A DNA stretch of 64,000 nt from Candidatus Pacearchaeota archaeon (GCA_038840695.1 JAWBVE010000001.1:44896-108895), one strand, 5' to 3'; counted from the stretch's first letter, positions 25,606-35,290 are shown. Numbers and translations: made by a program. Notes: generated by a model not told the origin, from the letters alone.

Positions 25606-26236
25606 TTTCTCTTTTAGTTCTTAAAACAAGATAAAAGCTTTCATAACCACTTAAGTCAAAGCTATGATTTTGGGAGCCGAGCTGCACAACGATGTTTGTT
25701 GTTGGTTGTGGTGGGAGAAATGATTTTCTAAAATTTTCTCTCGCCTTTTCATATTCATAAGCTTTTGTCACTATCCCAGCCTTTATCTCACCAAGCGAGA
25801 GTGTAGAACTTATGTTTTTCCGTCCTCCTTCTAATTCAGCAACTATATTACCGTCCCTATAAACATAAGCTTTTTCATCAGCAAAGTTATAAACAATAAC
25901 ATTGCTTTGATTTCCCCAAACATAAATGAGCTCAAGCCTTGGATCTTGTGTTATTCCATACTTCACAAATTCTAGCGTTAAATTGTCAAGATATTCTTTC
26001 ATATCTATCGGCTTTCCTTCAAATTCTGTAAGTTTTCCCTTCGCCAAAACTTCTATGCTCTCAAACTTGAAATTTTTTCCTATATCATAAATTTTTGGCT
26101 TTTCAGTTTTTTTTATAATGCTCGGAGTAAATGAAAAAATAATTAGTATGCCAATTAGGCTAGCAAAAATGAAAAACTGAGCCTTTTTATCAGTTCTAGC
26201 TTTTTTAACTATTTTTTCTTTTCGCCTCTTTTTCAT
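25580..26236 (-). CDS. Archaeal type IV pilin-like protein (class III signal peptide)
   Basis: KKARTDKKAQFFIFASLIGILIIFSF: a basic leader, the KA|Q motif, then a hydrophobic helix. Overlaps the downstream pilin-like gene. Confidence 0.5.
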   Translation of the reverse strand: MKKRRKEKIVKKARTDKKAQFFIFASLIGILIIFSFTPSIIKKTEKPKIYDIGKNFKFESIEVLAKGKLTEFEGKPIDMKEYLDNLTLEFVKYGITQDPRLELIYVWGNQSNVIVYNFADEKAYVYRDGNIVAELEGGRKNISSTLSLGEIKAGIVTKAYEYEKARENFRKSFLPPQPTTNIVVQLGSQNHSFDLSGYESFYLVLRTKRENETFISRQ

Positions 26237-26338
26237 GAACTAATAGAAATTTTAAATTTAAAATCTTTTTTGAATTCTAAGAACTATGAGCAAGCAAAGC
26301 AGCAAAGCAGTAAAAAGCAAGAGCAAACTCAAAAGTAC

Positions 26339-27718
26339 TTAAAAGTAGCGCTCGAGGTCAATATTGCTAACTTTCTTTGAGTATTCTTTCCATTCATTAA
26401 TCCCGAGCTTATAAAGTGAATCTATAATAAAATCACCTAACCATTTTCTTAGCATTATACTTCTATTCATGTATTCAAGTGCCTCGTGCAAATTTCTCGG
26501 GAGCATTTCAGCTTTTTCTTCATGATAATAATCTTTCTTCTCGCACTCACCAAGCTCAAGCCGAGCCTCAATGCCGCTCAAGCCAGCAGCAAGTATGGCT
26601 GCTATGCATAAATAAGGATTGCAGGAAGGATCTGGAGAGCGATATTCAACTCTTGTTTGGTTTTCATTGCACGAAACCTTGCAGAGAGCTGTTCTATTTT
26701 CATAATCCCACGAAATGACCGTCGGCGCTTCATAACCAGGCACAAGCCTCTTATATGAAATTGGCAGAGGATTTGTTATGGCAGTTATTTCTTTTGCATG
26801 TTTTAAAATTCCTGCTATGTATTGCTTGGCAATGCTTGAAAGTTGCTTTTTTTCATAATCATAGAATAAGTTATAAATTGTTCCGTTGATAGTTACTGCT
26901 AAGCTCTGATGTAAGTGCATGCCACTACCATTCACATCTTCTTTAAATTTTGGAATAAATGATGCTTTATGCTTATGCAATTTTGCAACTTCTTTTATTA
27001 ATGATTTTAATGTCATAGTTGCATCAGCTATTCTTAATGCATTTCCATATTCCATAACTATTTCATATTGATAAGTTGCAACTTCAGTATGATATTTTGC
27101 CCTTTTTATTCCCATTTTTTCTAAATTGTTCATTATTTCTTTCAGAATTTCGTCAATTACCGTTGATGGCTGAATAAAATAGTGATTATTTTTAATTGTA
27201 GAATCAGTGAGTAAATTTATTATGTCATAACTTTCAGGCAAAAGCAAGAACTCAACTTCAGGAGCAAAGTGAGCATGATATTTAGTTATTTTATTTTGGT
27301 AAATTTCTTTTACTCTATTTTCTAAAGTTTTTTCCATCATTTTTTCAACTTTTTTCAAAATTGTTCGAGAGCATCCAGCAAATGGTTCGAGATTTGGCTT
27401 ATAAACATCACATATGACCCGTGCCGTATTATTCAGCCATGGAATTTGAGTAAAAGTTTCCCAATCAGGAACTAAAATTAAATCACTTTCTGTTGGTGGG
27501 ACTATTTTGCCAAAAGCAGAAGAGCCATCAACAGAAGTATAGCCTCTTGCTAAAGCTTCCTTGGATGTGGTAACTTCACGAATTCCTCCTTGCATGTCAG
27601 TAAATTGACATTTTATAAATGAAATTTCTTTAGGAATTTTTTTTGAAGAAAAAGCCGCCTGTGCCCTTTCTCTTAATTCTTCTTCACTTATTTTTTCTTC
27701 TAGCACTTTTTCATCCAT
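26339..27718 (-). CDS. glnA: Glutamine synthetase family protein (type I-like)
   Basis: FIPKFKEDVNGSGMHLHQSL, HTEVATYQYEI and RSPDPSCNPYL are GS catalytic motifs. The track ORF extends to 27829, but those 37 residues look spurious, so I prefer ATG 27718 (MDEKVLEE). Confidence 0.85.
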   Translation of the reverse strand: MDEKVLEEKISEEELRERAQAAFSSKKIPKEISFIKCQFTDMQGGIREVTTSKEALARGYTSVDGSSAFGKIVPPTESDLILVPDWETFTQIPWLNNTARVICDVYKPNLEPFAGCSRTILKKVEKMMEKTLENRVKEIYQNKITKYHAHFAPEVEFLLLPESYDIINLLTDSTIKNNHYFIQPSTVIDEILKEIMNNLEKMGIKRAKYHTEVATYQYEIVMEYGNALRIADATMTLKSLIKEVAKLHKHKASFIPKFKEDVNGSGMHLHQSLAVTINGTIYNLFYDYEKKQLSSIAKQYIAGILKHAKEITAITNPLPISYKRLVPGYEAPTVISWDYENRTALCKVSCNENQTRVEYRSPDPSCNPYLCIAAILAAGLSGIEARLELGECEKKDYYHEEKAEMLPRNLHEALEYMNRSIMLRKWLGDFIIDSLYKLGINEWKEYSKKVSNIDLERYF

Positions 27719-27895
27719 TCTGAGTTCAATTTTTAGCTTTTTAAAATGTTTTGTCCTGAATTTTACTTCCAAATAGAAATAAAAAAGGAAAGTTAGAAAA
27801 GCTAAAAGCTTTTTGCTTGCTTTTTGCATTGCTAATTTTTGCTTAAAATTTGTTAAACTTGGTTAAATTTTAATATTTGCTATACCTTTAGTTTC

Positions 27896-30649
27896 ATGCA
27901 AAAGGGAGGGATGCAAAAGAGGGGAGCAGTCAAAACCATACAAGCTAGGCAAACTGAACAAGCTGAGCCAGCTGAAGTGCAATGGCATGCTATTAGCTTG
28001 GAAGAAGCTTTTAAAAAACTTAACTCAAGCAAGGAAGGCTTGACTAAAGATGAAGCCAAAAGAAGGCTTGCTATTTATGGCCCAAACGAAATTAGAGAAG
28101 TGCATAAAATAAAGCCACTCACTATCTTCATCTCACAATTTAATTCTTTTTTTGTTTACTTGTTGTTAATTGCAGCTTTAATAGCGGCAATTGTTGAGCA
28201 TTGGCTTGACTTTTTTGCAATAATGGCAATAATAATTTTAAATGCCTCTCTTGGTTTTGTACAAAATTATAGGGCTGAGAAAGCAATCGAAAATTTAAAA
28301 AAAGTTTTAGTTTTGAAAGCAAAAGTCTTGCGTGGTGGTGTTTTGTATGAAATTGATGCAAACGAAGTTGTGCCAGGAGATATTATTATTTTAAGCGAAG
28401 GCGACAAAGTTGTGGCTGATGCAAGGCTAATTGAAAGCCATGAGCTGCAAACAAATGAAGCAATTTTGACTGGTGAAAGTGTTCCTGTTGACAAGATTTC
28501 AAAAAGTATCAGAGCTGATGCTCCAATTAGCGAGAGAAAAAACATTGTTTATTCTGGAACAAGTATTGTGAGAGGTAGTGGCAAGGCTCTAGTTTTTAAC
28601 ACTGGAATGCGAACTGAGTTTGGCAAGATTGCATTTCTTGTTCAAGAGGTGAAAAAAGAAAAAACGCCACTACAAGCAAAACTTGATAGCTTCGCAAAAG
28701 CAATTGGAATTATTGTTATAGCTCTTTCATTCATTATATTTGCTCTTGGAATTGTTTTTGGTGTAGATAAGCTTCAAATGGCTTTTACATCGATAAGCTT
28801 AGCAGTTGCTGCAATTCCAGAGGGGCTACCTGCTGTTATAACTATATGCTTGGCTATTGCAGTTAGGCGAATGTATAAAGTTAAAAGCCTCATAAGAAAA
28901 CTTCCTGCAGCTGAAACATTGGGCAGAGTAACTGTGATTTGCACTGATAAGACAGGAACAATAACAGAAGAAAAAATGCACGTTGTGAAGTTTTTTTATA
29001 ATGGCCGAGTTGTAAGCAAAGAGCATCTTGAGCTAGATATTAAAAATGTTAAAAGTAAAAAAAGTGAAAAAAGTAAAACGGCAGAGATGCTAATAAAGAC
29101 AGGCATACTTTGTAATAATGCACGCGTCGAGAAAATAAATAATGAAGAATTTTTCTTTGGTGATCCTACAGAGCAAGCATTACTTAGAGCTGCCTCACAG
29201 TTTGGATTTGATAAGCAAGTCTTAACAGCAAGCGAGCCAAAAGTTAAGGAATTTCCTTTTACATCAGCTAGAAAGTTAATGTCAGTAATTAGGCAGAAAG
29301 AGAAAGGCAAAAAGCAGGAGCTTATTAGCTATGTTAAGGGTGCTCCTGAAGTAATCATAGAGAGATCAAGATATGAAATGATTGATGGCAAGCTGATTAG
29401 GTTAAATGCATTAAGAAAAAATTACTTGATGCAAGTTTATGCTCAATTAGCTAATGATGGCTTGCGTGTACTTGGTTTTGCTTTTAAAAAACTTAAGAAA
29501 AGTCCGAAAATAAGCCAGAATGATGCAGAATCAGGATTAGTTTTTCTTGGATTTCAGGCTATGCTCGACGTGCCGAGGCCAGAAGTCAAAAATGCTATAA
29601 AAAAATGTCAAGAAGCTGGAATTGCTATAAAGATGATAACTGGCGACTCCTTACTTACAGCACAAGCAGTGGCAAGAGAAATAGGTTTGAGAGGTGAAGC
29701 CATAACTGCTGATCAACTTGAAAAATTGAGTGATGAAGAGCTGAAGGAAAAATTGAATAGCTATACTATATTTGCAAGGGTTACTCCAGAGCATAAATTG
29801 CGAATCGTGAACTTGCTTAAAGAACAGCATGAGATTGTTGCTGTAACAGGCGATGGCGTAAATGATGCGCCAGCATTAAAAAAGGCTGACATAGGAATAG
29901 CAATGGGGATTCGTGGGAGCGATGTTGCAAGAGACGTGGCAGATATTGTGCTTGTTGATGATAATTTTGCATCAATTGTAAAAGCTGTTGAAGAAGGCCG
30001 TCGAGTTTTTGATAACATAAAAAAATTTTCATATTATCTTTTAAGCAGCAATTTAGCAGAAATCTTTATTATTTTAAGTGGCTTGTTGCTTGCTTCAAGG
30101 CTAGGATGGCCAAGCATTCTAGCTCTTTTGCCACTACAAATCTTATGGATAAATTTAGTTACTGATGGCATAATTGCTTTAGCTTTAAGCGCAGAGCATG
30201 GCGAAACTGATATAATGACAAGAAAGCCGAGCGGTAAGTTATTTACATTTCCTATAGTATTAATTTGGTTTTTGCTTGTACTTATAATTGTTGCAGGAAT
30301 AATTGCAATAACAAGTAGCATAAATATTAAAGCTCCAGTGAAGCTACAAACAGTAATTTTTACGGCGCTTGTATTCTTTGAAGGTCTTAATGCTCTCAAC
30401 TTTAGAAGCTTCAAGGAGCCTATTTTTAAGCTAAGACAAAATTGGTGGCTTGTGCTTGCAATTGCAATTTCCTTTGCATTACAAATAGTAATTGTTGAGT
30501 TGCCCTTCTTGCAACAATTTTTCGGCACAACACACTTAGCATTAACAGAGCTTTTGATAATATTCCTTGTATCCTGCTCAATTCTAGTTTTGGGCGAAAT
30601 TTTTAAAGTTGCGAGAAATAAATTACAAGAAAAAAGCCTCAAAAACTAA
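27896..30649 (+). CDS. P-type ATPase, type II (Ca2+/cation-transporting, SERCA/PMCA-like)
   Basis: ICTDKTGTITEE (phosphorylation site DKTGT), TGES, MITGDSLLTA, and VTGDGVNDAPALKKADIGIAMG. 917 aa with 10 TM segments. Confidence 0.9.
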   Translation: MQKGGMQKRGAVKTIQARQTEQAEPAEVQWHAISLEEAFKKLNSSKEGLTKDEAKRRLAIYGPNEIREVHKIKPLTIFISQFNSFFVYLLLIAALIAAIVEHWLDFFAIMAIIILNASLGFVQNYRAEKAIENLKKVLVLKAKVLRGGVLYEIDANEVVPGDIIILSEGDKVVADARLIESHELQTNEAILTGESVPVDKISKSIRADAPISERKNIVYSGTSIVRGSGKALVFNTGMRTEFGKIAFLVQEVKKEKTPLQAKLDSFAKAIGIIVIALSFIIFALGIVFGVDKLQMAFTSISLAVAAIPEGLPAVITICLAIAVRRMYKVKSLIRKLPAAETLGRVTVICTDKTGTITEEKMHVVKFFYNGRVVSKEHLELDIKNVKSKKSEKSKTAEMLIKTGILCNNARVEKINNEEFFFGDPTEQALLRAASQFGFDKQVLTASEPKVKEFPFTSARKLMSVIRQKEKGKKQELISYVKGAPEVIIERSRYEMIDGKLIRLNALRKNYLMQVYAQLANDGLRVLGFAFKKLKKSPKISQNDAESGLVFLGFQAMLDVPRPEVKNAIKKCQEAGIAIKMITGDSLLTAQAVAREIGLRGEAITADQLEKLSDEELKEKLNSYTIFARVTPEHKLRIVNLLKEQHEIVAVTGDGVNDAPALKKADIGIAMGIRGSDVARDVADIVLVDDNFASIVKAVEEGRRVFDNIKKFSYYLLSSNLAEIFIILSGLLLASRLGWPSILALLPLQILWINLVTDGIIALALSAEHGETDIMTRKPSGKLFTFPIVLIWFLLVLIIVAGIIAITSSINIKAPVKLQTVIFTALVFFEGLNALNFRSFKEPIFKLRQNWWLVLAIAISFALQIVIVELPFLQQFFGTTHLALTELLIIFLVSCSILVLGEIFKVARNKLQEKSLKN

Positions 30650-30668
30650 AACAAAAGCAAAGCTTACT

Positions 30669-31619
30669 ATGTTGGTGCTTAATTTTTTATTTTTTGTTAT
30701 TTCATGCGTGGTTTTGTTTGGCTCTGGAATTCTGCTTGTTAAAAGCTTGGAAAATATTGCTAGATTTTTGCGCATTGCCGAATTTACAGCAGCGTTCATT
30801 ATTATGGCAGTAGCAACAAGTTTGCCAGAGCTTTTTGTTGGAATTTTTAGTGCAATTGAGAAAACAACTTCCATAAGCCTTGGAAATATCGTCGGAGCTA
30901 CTATATTAGATCTAACACTTGTAACAGGATTGATCATTATTGCTTCGAGAGGAATAAAGATAACAAGTAAAGCTACAAAGCGAGACGCGCTATTTATTCT
31001 TATACCTCTCTCCCTCTTACTTGTCCTATTTTTTATAGGCAATTCACTCTCGCGAGTTGATGGTGCAATTCTTGTTGCTGTATTTTTTATTTACTCTTAT
31101 TTATTAATTAAAGAAAGAAAAAAAGAGTTCAAAGAAAAACTTGAAGATAAGGTAAATAGATATAAAGCTGTTTTTCAATCTATGGCTTTTATTATTTTAC
31201 TAGCCATCATGCTTTTTTCGGCTAAGTTTGTTATTCATTATGCAATCCTTTTAAGTTCTGACTTAAAGTTGCCGCCAATAATGATTGGCTTATTTTTAAT
31301 TTCTATAGGCACTGTGTTGCCAGAGCTAACTTTTGGCATAGCCGCAGCTTTGAAAAATAAGGGAGAAGTTGCATTAGGCGATCAGATAGGAACAATAGTG
31401 ACTAACTCAACTTTAATTATAGGAATAGCTGCTCTGATTTATCCTGTAACAACAAACGTTTTGCTATTTATGATAAGTGCTGCATTTCTTATTGTCTCTG
31501 CCTTCATTTTTGTTACTTTTTTCCAAACAGGAAAAAAGCTTTATGTGATTGAAGGCATTGCACTAATTTTGCTTTATCTTCTTTTTGTTTTCGTCGAATT
31601 TTATGTCAAACTTATGTAA
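30669..31619 (+). CDS. Na+/Ca2+ (CaCA family, YrbG/NCX_Mj-like) exchanger
   Basis: Two alpha-repeats, GNIVGATILDLTLVTG and GDQIGTIVTNSTLIIG, with 5+5 TM topology. The track start TTG 30609 overlaps the ATPase, so I prefer ATG 30669. Confidence 0.8.
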   Translation: MLVLNFLFFVISCVVLFGSGILLVKSLENIARFLRIAEFTAAFIIMAVATSLPELFVGIFSAIEKTTSISLGNIVGATILDLTLVTGLIIIASRGIKITSKATKRDALFILIPLSLLLVLFFIGNSLSRVDGAILVAVFFIYSYLLIKERKKEFKEKLEDKVNRYKAVFQSMAFIILLAIMLFSAKFVIHYAILLSSDLKLPPIMIGLFLISIGTVLPELTFGIAAALKNKGEVALGDQIGTIVTNSTLIIGIAALIYPVTTNVLLFMISAAFLIVSAFIFVTFFQTGKKLYVIEGIALILLYLLFVFVEFYVKLM

Positions 31620-31697
31620 AAAGATAGCAAAAATTAAAAAAACAAAAGAAATGATAAGAAAGTGAGAACAGATAAGGCAAGGAATGATAAGGAAAAG

Positions 31698-31705
31698 TAT
31701 ATAAA
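31698..31705 (+). promoter_or_regulatory. Candidate archaeal TATA box upstream of RuBisCO gene
   Basis: TATATAAA about 85 nt upstream of ATG 31790, within a purine-rich leader. AT-rich background makes this weak. Confidence 0.25.
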
Positions 31706-31789
31706 TTTTGAGGGGATGAAATTTAAAGAAAAATGCAATAAGTAACGATAAAAGAGGGGAAGAAAGCAAAAAATAAGAAGGCAAAGAAT

Positions 31790-33040
31790 ATGAGATATGA
31801 AGATTATATTGATCTAAGCTATAAGCCCAAGGCTGACGAGCTTGTTTGTCATTTCTATGTTGAAGCCAAGAGAGGAAAAGAGTTGAGGCGAGCGATTGGC
31901 GCTGTTGCTGCAGAAAGCAGCATTGGAACGTGGACAGAAGTCACGACGGAAAAATCATATATGGCAAGACTTGCTGCAAAAGTTTTTGAAATAAAAAAAG
32001 TTAGCAAAAATTCTGCCAATGTGAAAATTGCTTATCCTCCTGAGCTTTTTGAACCATCAAACCTGCCAAACATAATGTCGAGCATAGCAGGAAATATTTT
32101 TGGAATGCGAGACGTTGAGTGGCTAAGACTTAATGACATAATCTTTCCTAAGCATATTGCAAAAAGTTTCAAAGGGCCGAAATATGGCATACAAGGAATA
32201 AGAAAAATTACAAAAGTAAAAGATAGGCCTCTTATTGGAACAATAATCAAGCCAAAGATCGGTTTAAATGCAATAGATCATGCAAAGATTGCTTATGAGG
32301 CATGGCTTGGTGGCTGTGATATTGTCAAGGATGATGAAAACCTAGCTAATCAGGCATTTAATAAATTTGAAGATAGACTAAGAGAGACGCTTGCGATGAA
32401 AGAAAAAGTAGAGAATGAAATTGGTGAGAAAAAAATTTATATGATAAACATAACTGCAGAAACAAATCAAATGCTAAGGCGAGCAAGGCTTGTTGAGGAT
32501 TATGGTAATGAATATGCGATGGTTGATATAATAACTGTTGGATGGGCAGCTTTGCAAACATTGCGCGATGCAGATTTTAACTTAGTATTGCATGGTCATA
32601 GAGCAGGGCATGCAGCGATTGATAAATATAGGAAGCATGGAATAAGAATGAAAGTTATTGCAAGGCTGGCTCGGCTTATTGGTTTAGATCAGTTGCACAT
32701 TGGAACAGGTATAGGAAAAATGTTTGAAACTACTGAAGAAGTTCTAGAAAATAGGAAGGCTTTGGTTGATGAATTCTATGGCTTAAAGCCTGTCATGCCC
32801 GTTGCTTCAGGAGGCTTACATCCGCTTATAATTCCGAAGCTCTATGCAATTTTTGGCAAGGATGTTGTGCTGCAATTTGGTGGAGGCATTCACGGCCATC
32901 CTCAAGGAACACTTGCAGGAGCAAGAGCTGTAAGACAAGCATTAAATGCTGTATTGCAAGGCATAGCCCTTGAGGAATATGCAATAGTGCATAAAGAGTT
33001 AAGGGCTGCATTTGATAAGTGGAAGTATGGGAAGGCATAA
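31790..33040 (+). CDS. rbcL: Ribulose-1,5-bisphosphate carboxylase/oxygenase large subunit, form III(-like)
   Basis: 416 aa. Catalytic motifs are intact: GTIIKPKIGL, DIVKDDENL (carbamylated Lys context), HGHRAGH, GGGIHGHP. No small-subunit gene is nearby. Confidence 0.9.
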   Translation: MRYEDYIDLSYKPKADELVCHFYVEAKRGKELRRAIGAVAAESSIGTWTEVTTEKSYMARLAAKVFEIKKVSKNSANVKIAYPPELFEPSNLPNIMSSIAGNIFGMRDVEWLRLNDIIFPKHIAKSFKGPKYGIQGIRKITKVKDRPLIGTIIKPKIGLNAIDHAKIAYEAWLGGCDIVKDDENLANQAFNKFEDRLRETLAMKEKVENEIGEKKIYMINITAETNQMLRRARLVEDYGNEYAMVDIITVGWAALQTLRDADFNLVLHGHRAGHAAIDKYRKHGIRMKVIARLARLIGLDQLHIGTGIGKMFETTEEVLENRKALVDEFYGLKPVMPVASGGLHPLIIPKLYAIFGKDVVLQFGGGIHGHPQGTLAGARAVRQALNAVLQGIALEEYAIVHKELRAAFDKWKYGKA

Positions 33041-33077
33041 AAAATAAAAATGCTAAAAAGTCAAAAAATGCACAAAA

Positions 33078-33461
33078 ATGCTAATGCACGGAAAAAGCAA
33101 AACAGTAAAAATGGCAAAAAAGATAAAAGCAAGAGAGAAAGCAGAAAAGAAAAAAACATTTAGAGTTTTATTCGCATTGATAGCTTTAATAGTTATTGCA
33201 TTAGTGATTGCAATATTTGCAGTGGAAGTAAAAAAATCAAGAGCAGAGAAGCCAAAACCAAGAGAGCCTTTTTGTGGAAGCTCGACTGAAGGAGCGTGTT
33301 TGAGCAATAGTGATTGTATTCAGAGTGGTTGCTCGGGCCAAGTTTGTCAATCAAAGCAAGAAGCAAGAATGATAACAACATGCGAATGGCGAGATTGCTT
33401 TAATGCAAGTGCGTATGGCTTAGCTTGCAGGTGTGTAGGCAGAAAGTGCAAGTGGGCATGA
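33078..33461 (+). CDS. Membrane-anchored small cysteine-rich secreted protein
   Basis: 127 aa. K-rich N-terminus, a TM segment (VLFALIALIVIALVIAIFAV), then a 60-aa domain with 10 Cys: FCGSSTEGACLSNSDCIQSGCSGQVCQSK...TTCEWRDCFNASAYGLACRCVGRKCKW. Confidence 0.6.
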   Translation: MLMHGKSKTVKMAKKIKAREKAEKKKTFRVLFALIALIVIALVIAIFAVEVKKSRAEKPKPREPFCGSSTEGACLSNSDCIQSGCSGQVCQSKQEARMITTCEWRDCFNASAYGLACRCVGRKCKWA

Positions 33462-33518
33462 ATGGCGTGAATGCGACGGGCAAAATTTGTAAAACTTATT
33501 TGTAAAACTCATTGTGCT

Positions 33519-33547
33519 GCACAAGCGTGCTTAGCTTTTGCTTGTGC
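33519..33547. terminator. GC-rich hairpin between convergent genes
   Basis: Perfect 8-bp stem GCACAAGC (33519-33526) / GCTTGTGC (33540-33547) with a 13-nt loop. Preceded by the direct repeat ATTTGTAAAACT x2. Function uncertain. Confidence 0.25.
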
Positions 33548-33583
33548 TTGCGCTCATCGGCAATCGGTGTGCTAAATCCTTGC

Positions 33584-35290
33584 TTAGTAAAGTATTCTAT
33601 GCAATTCTTTCAAATAATCTATTTGCTGTTTTTTTAGTAGCTTAAATTGTTTTTTGCTAAGTTTTTTTATCATCTCTATACTATGCTCAGCCCCCATTAT
33701 AAGAGGCATTATTACAAAATCAGCTCCAGCATTATAAAGCTCAATCGCATCATCTATTCTATGTGCAGTCACAACAACAAAGACATTTGGATAATTCTGC
33801 TTGAAATATTTTGTTAAGCTGATATTGCTTTCTTTTGTTGGTATAGTTGAGATAACAACTTTTAACTTGTTTAGTGGCAATTTATCTAGAATGTCTATTT
33901 CAGTGATATCTCCGTAAAAGGCTGAAATTCCCTTGTCACTTAAAGCTTTGATTATCGTTGGGTTAAAATCAATCACAACTATCCTCTCTTTATATTTTTC
34001 TAAATTTTTGATGAAAACAGAGCCCATTCTGTGGCAGCCTATAAGCAAAATTGTTTTTTTTCCTGGATAGAGCCTGCCTGGCTCCTTAAGCAAGGGAAGC
34101 TTGTCAAAAACTTTGAATGGGCCATAAAAAGCTCTGGAAAGCTTCATTGTGTAAGGTGTTAGAGCTATTGAGATAACAGCCATCAAAACAATCAAATCAA
34201 AAGCTGGCTGAGTTATTGCTGAAATGCTAAGCGCATAGAGGCCAAGAATTAAAGTAAATTCGCTAAGCTGACCAAATGCAAAGCCAATGTCAAGGGCTAA
34301 CTTTGATTTATAGCCTCTTATGCGCAAAAGCATAGCAGTTATGAGTGGCTCGATGAAAATTAAAATGAGCATTGCAGGAATCAATGGAAGAAGAATGCTT
34401 TTTGATATGCGCGTGAGCCACATTCCTATAAAAACAAAAAAGATTATGCAAAAAAAATCCTTAAGTGATTTTACCTTTGCCTCTATGTCAAGCTTATAAG
34501 GAGTGCTTGCAAGAATTAAGCCTGCCCCAAAAGCGCCTATTGCTATTGAAAGCTGTAAAAAATGAGCAAGAGTTACAAAGAAAAATAGCGATGCTAGTGA
34601 AAATAAAAATAAATACTCGCCAGAGCTCGAGGTTTTTTCAATTAACTTTTTTATAGGATAACTTGCAAGAAAACAAAGTAAAAAAAGAAAAGCAAGCTTT
34701 ATCAAATTTATACCTATTAAGCCTGGCGTGCCTGAAATGAATGCAAGTATAGCTATAGCTATTAAATCCTGCACAAGCATAATCCCTATAACAAGCCTTC
34801 CTTTTAGCGAATCAATTTCATTCTTATCGCTAAGTAGCTTTAATACAACTATCGTAGAACTAAATGAAATGGCAAGGCCCAAAATTAGTGCTTCTCTCTT
34901 TAAAAAGCCAAAATGAATTAGCAAGAAATAACTTATAGCACTAACTATTGCAACTTGCAAGATGCCTACTACTATAGATATCCCAGTAGTTTCCTTAAAT
35001 TTTTTCAGATTTATTTCCAAGCCGGCAAAGAAAAGCAAGAGGCTTATCCCTATTTCTGCAAAGCCATTTATAGTTGTTTTATCAGGAATTAGACCAAAAA
35101 CCAAAGGGCCAATAATGATTCCTGTAACAATATAAACCAAAACTAGCTCTTGCCTCAGAGCTCGAAAAATGAATGCAAGAATTGCTGCTATTATGAAAAG
35201 CAGTGCAATACTTATCAAAATTGTCTGGCTTTGTGTTAGTGTTTGAAAAGCAGAAAAAAAATTCTTAAAAAAATTAAACATAAGTGACAT
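33584..35290 (-). CDS. CPA2 (Kef-type) monovalent cation:proton antiporter with C-terminal RCK/TrkA-N domain
   Basis: 568 aa. About 12 TM segments of Na_H_Exchanger type, then a Rossmann motif KKTILLIGCHRMGSVFIKNL. Confidence 0.8.
   Translation of the reverse strand: MSLMFNFFKNFFSAFQTLTQSQTILISIALLFIIAAILAFIFRALRQELVLVYIVTGIIIGPLVFGLIPDKTTINGFAEIGISLLLFFAGLEINLKKFKETTGISIVVGILQVAIVSAISYFLLIHFGFLKREALILGLAISFSSTIVVLKLLSDKNEIDSLKGRLVIGIMLVQDLIAIAILAFISGTPGLIGINLIKLAFLFLLCFLASYPIKKLIEKTSSSGEYLFLFSLASLFFFVTLAHFLQLSIAIGAFGAGLILASTPYKLDIEAKVKSLKDFFCIIFFVFIGMWLTRISKSILLPLIPAMLILIFIEPLITAMLLRIRGYKSKLALDIGFAFGQLSEFTLILGLYALSISAITQPAFDLIVLMAVISIALTPYTMKLSRAFYGPFKVFDKLPLLKEPGRLYPGKKTILLIGCHRMGSVFIKNLEKYKERIVVIDFNPTIIKALSDKGISAFYGDITEIDILDKLPLNKLKVVISTIPTKESNISLTKYFKQNYPNVFVVVTAHRIDDAIELYNAGADFVIMPLIMGAEHSIEMIKKLSKKQFKLLKKQQIDYLKELHRILY

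Noticed and set aside
30034-30642. 202-aa minus-strand ORF inside the P-type ATPase gene.
   Set aside because: It is antisense to a gene with unambiguous P-type ATPase motifs. It has no motif of its own and odd composition, so it is a shadow ORF. The same reasoning applies to 28140-28545, 28826-29310 and 29761-30032.
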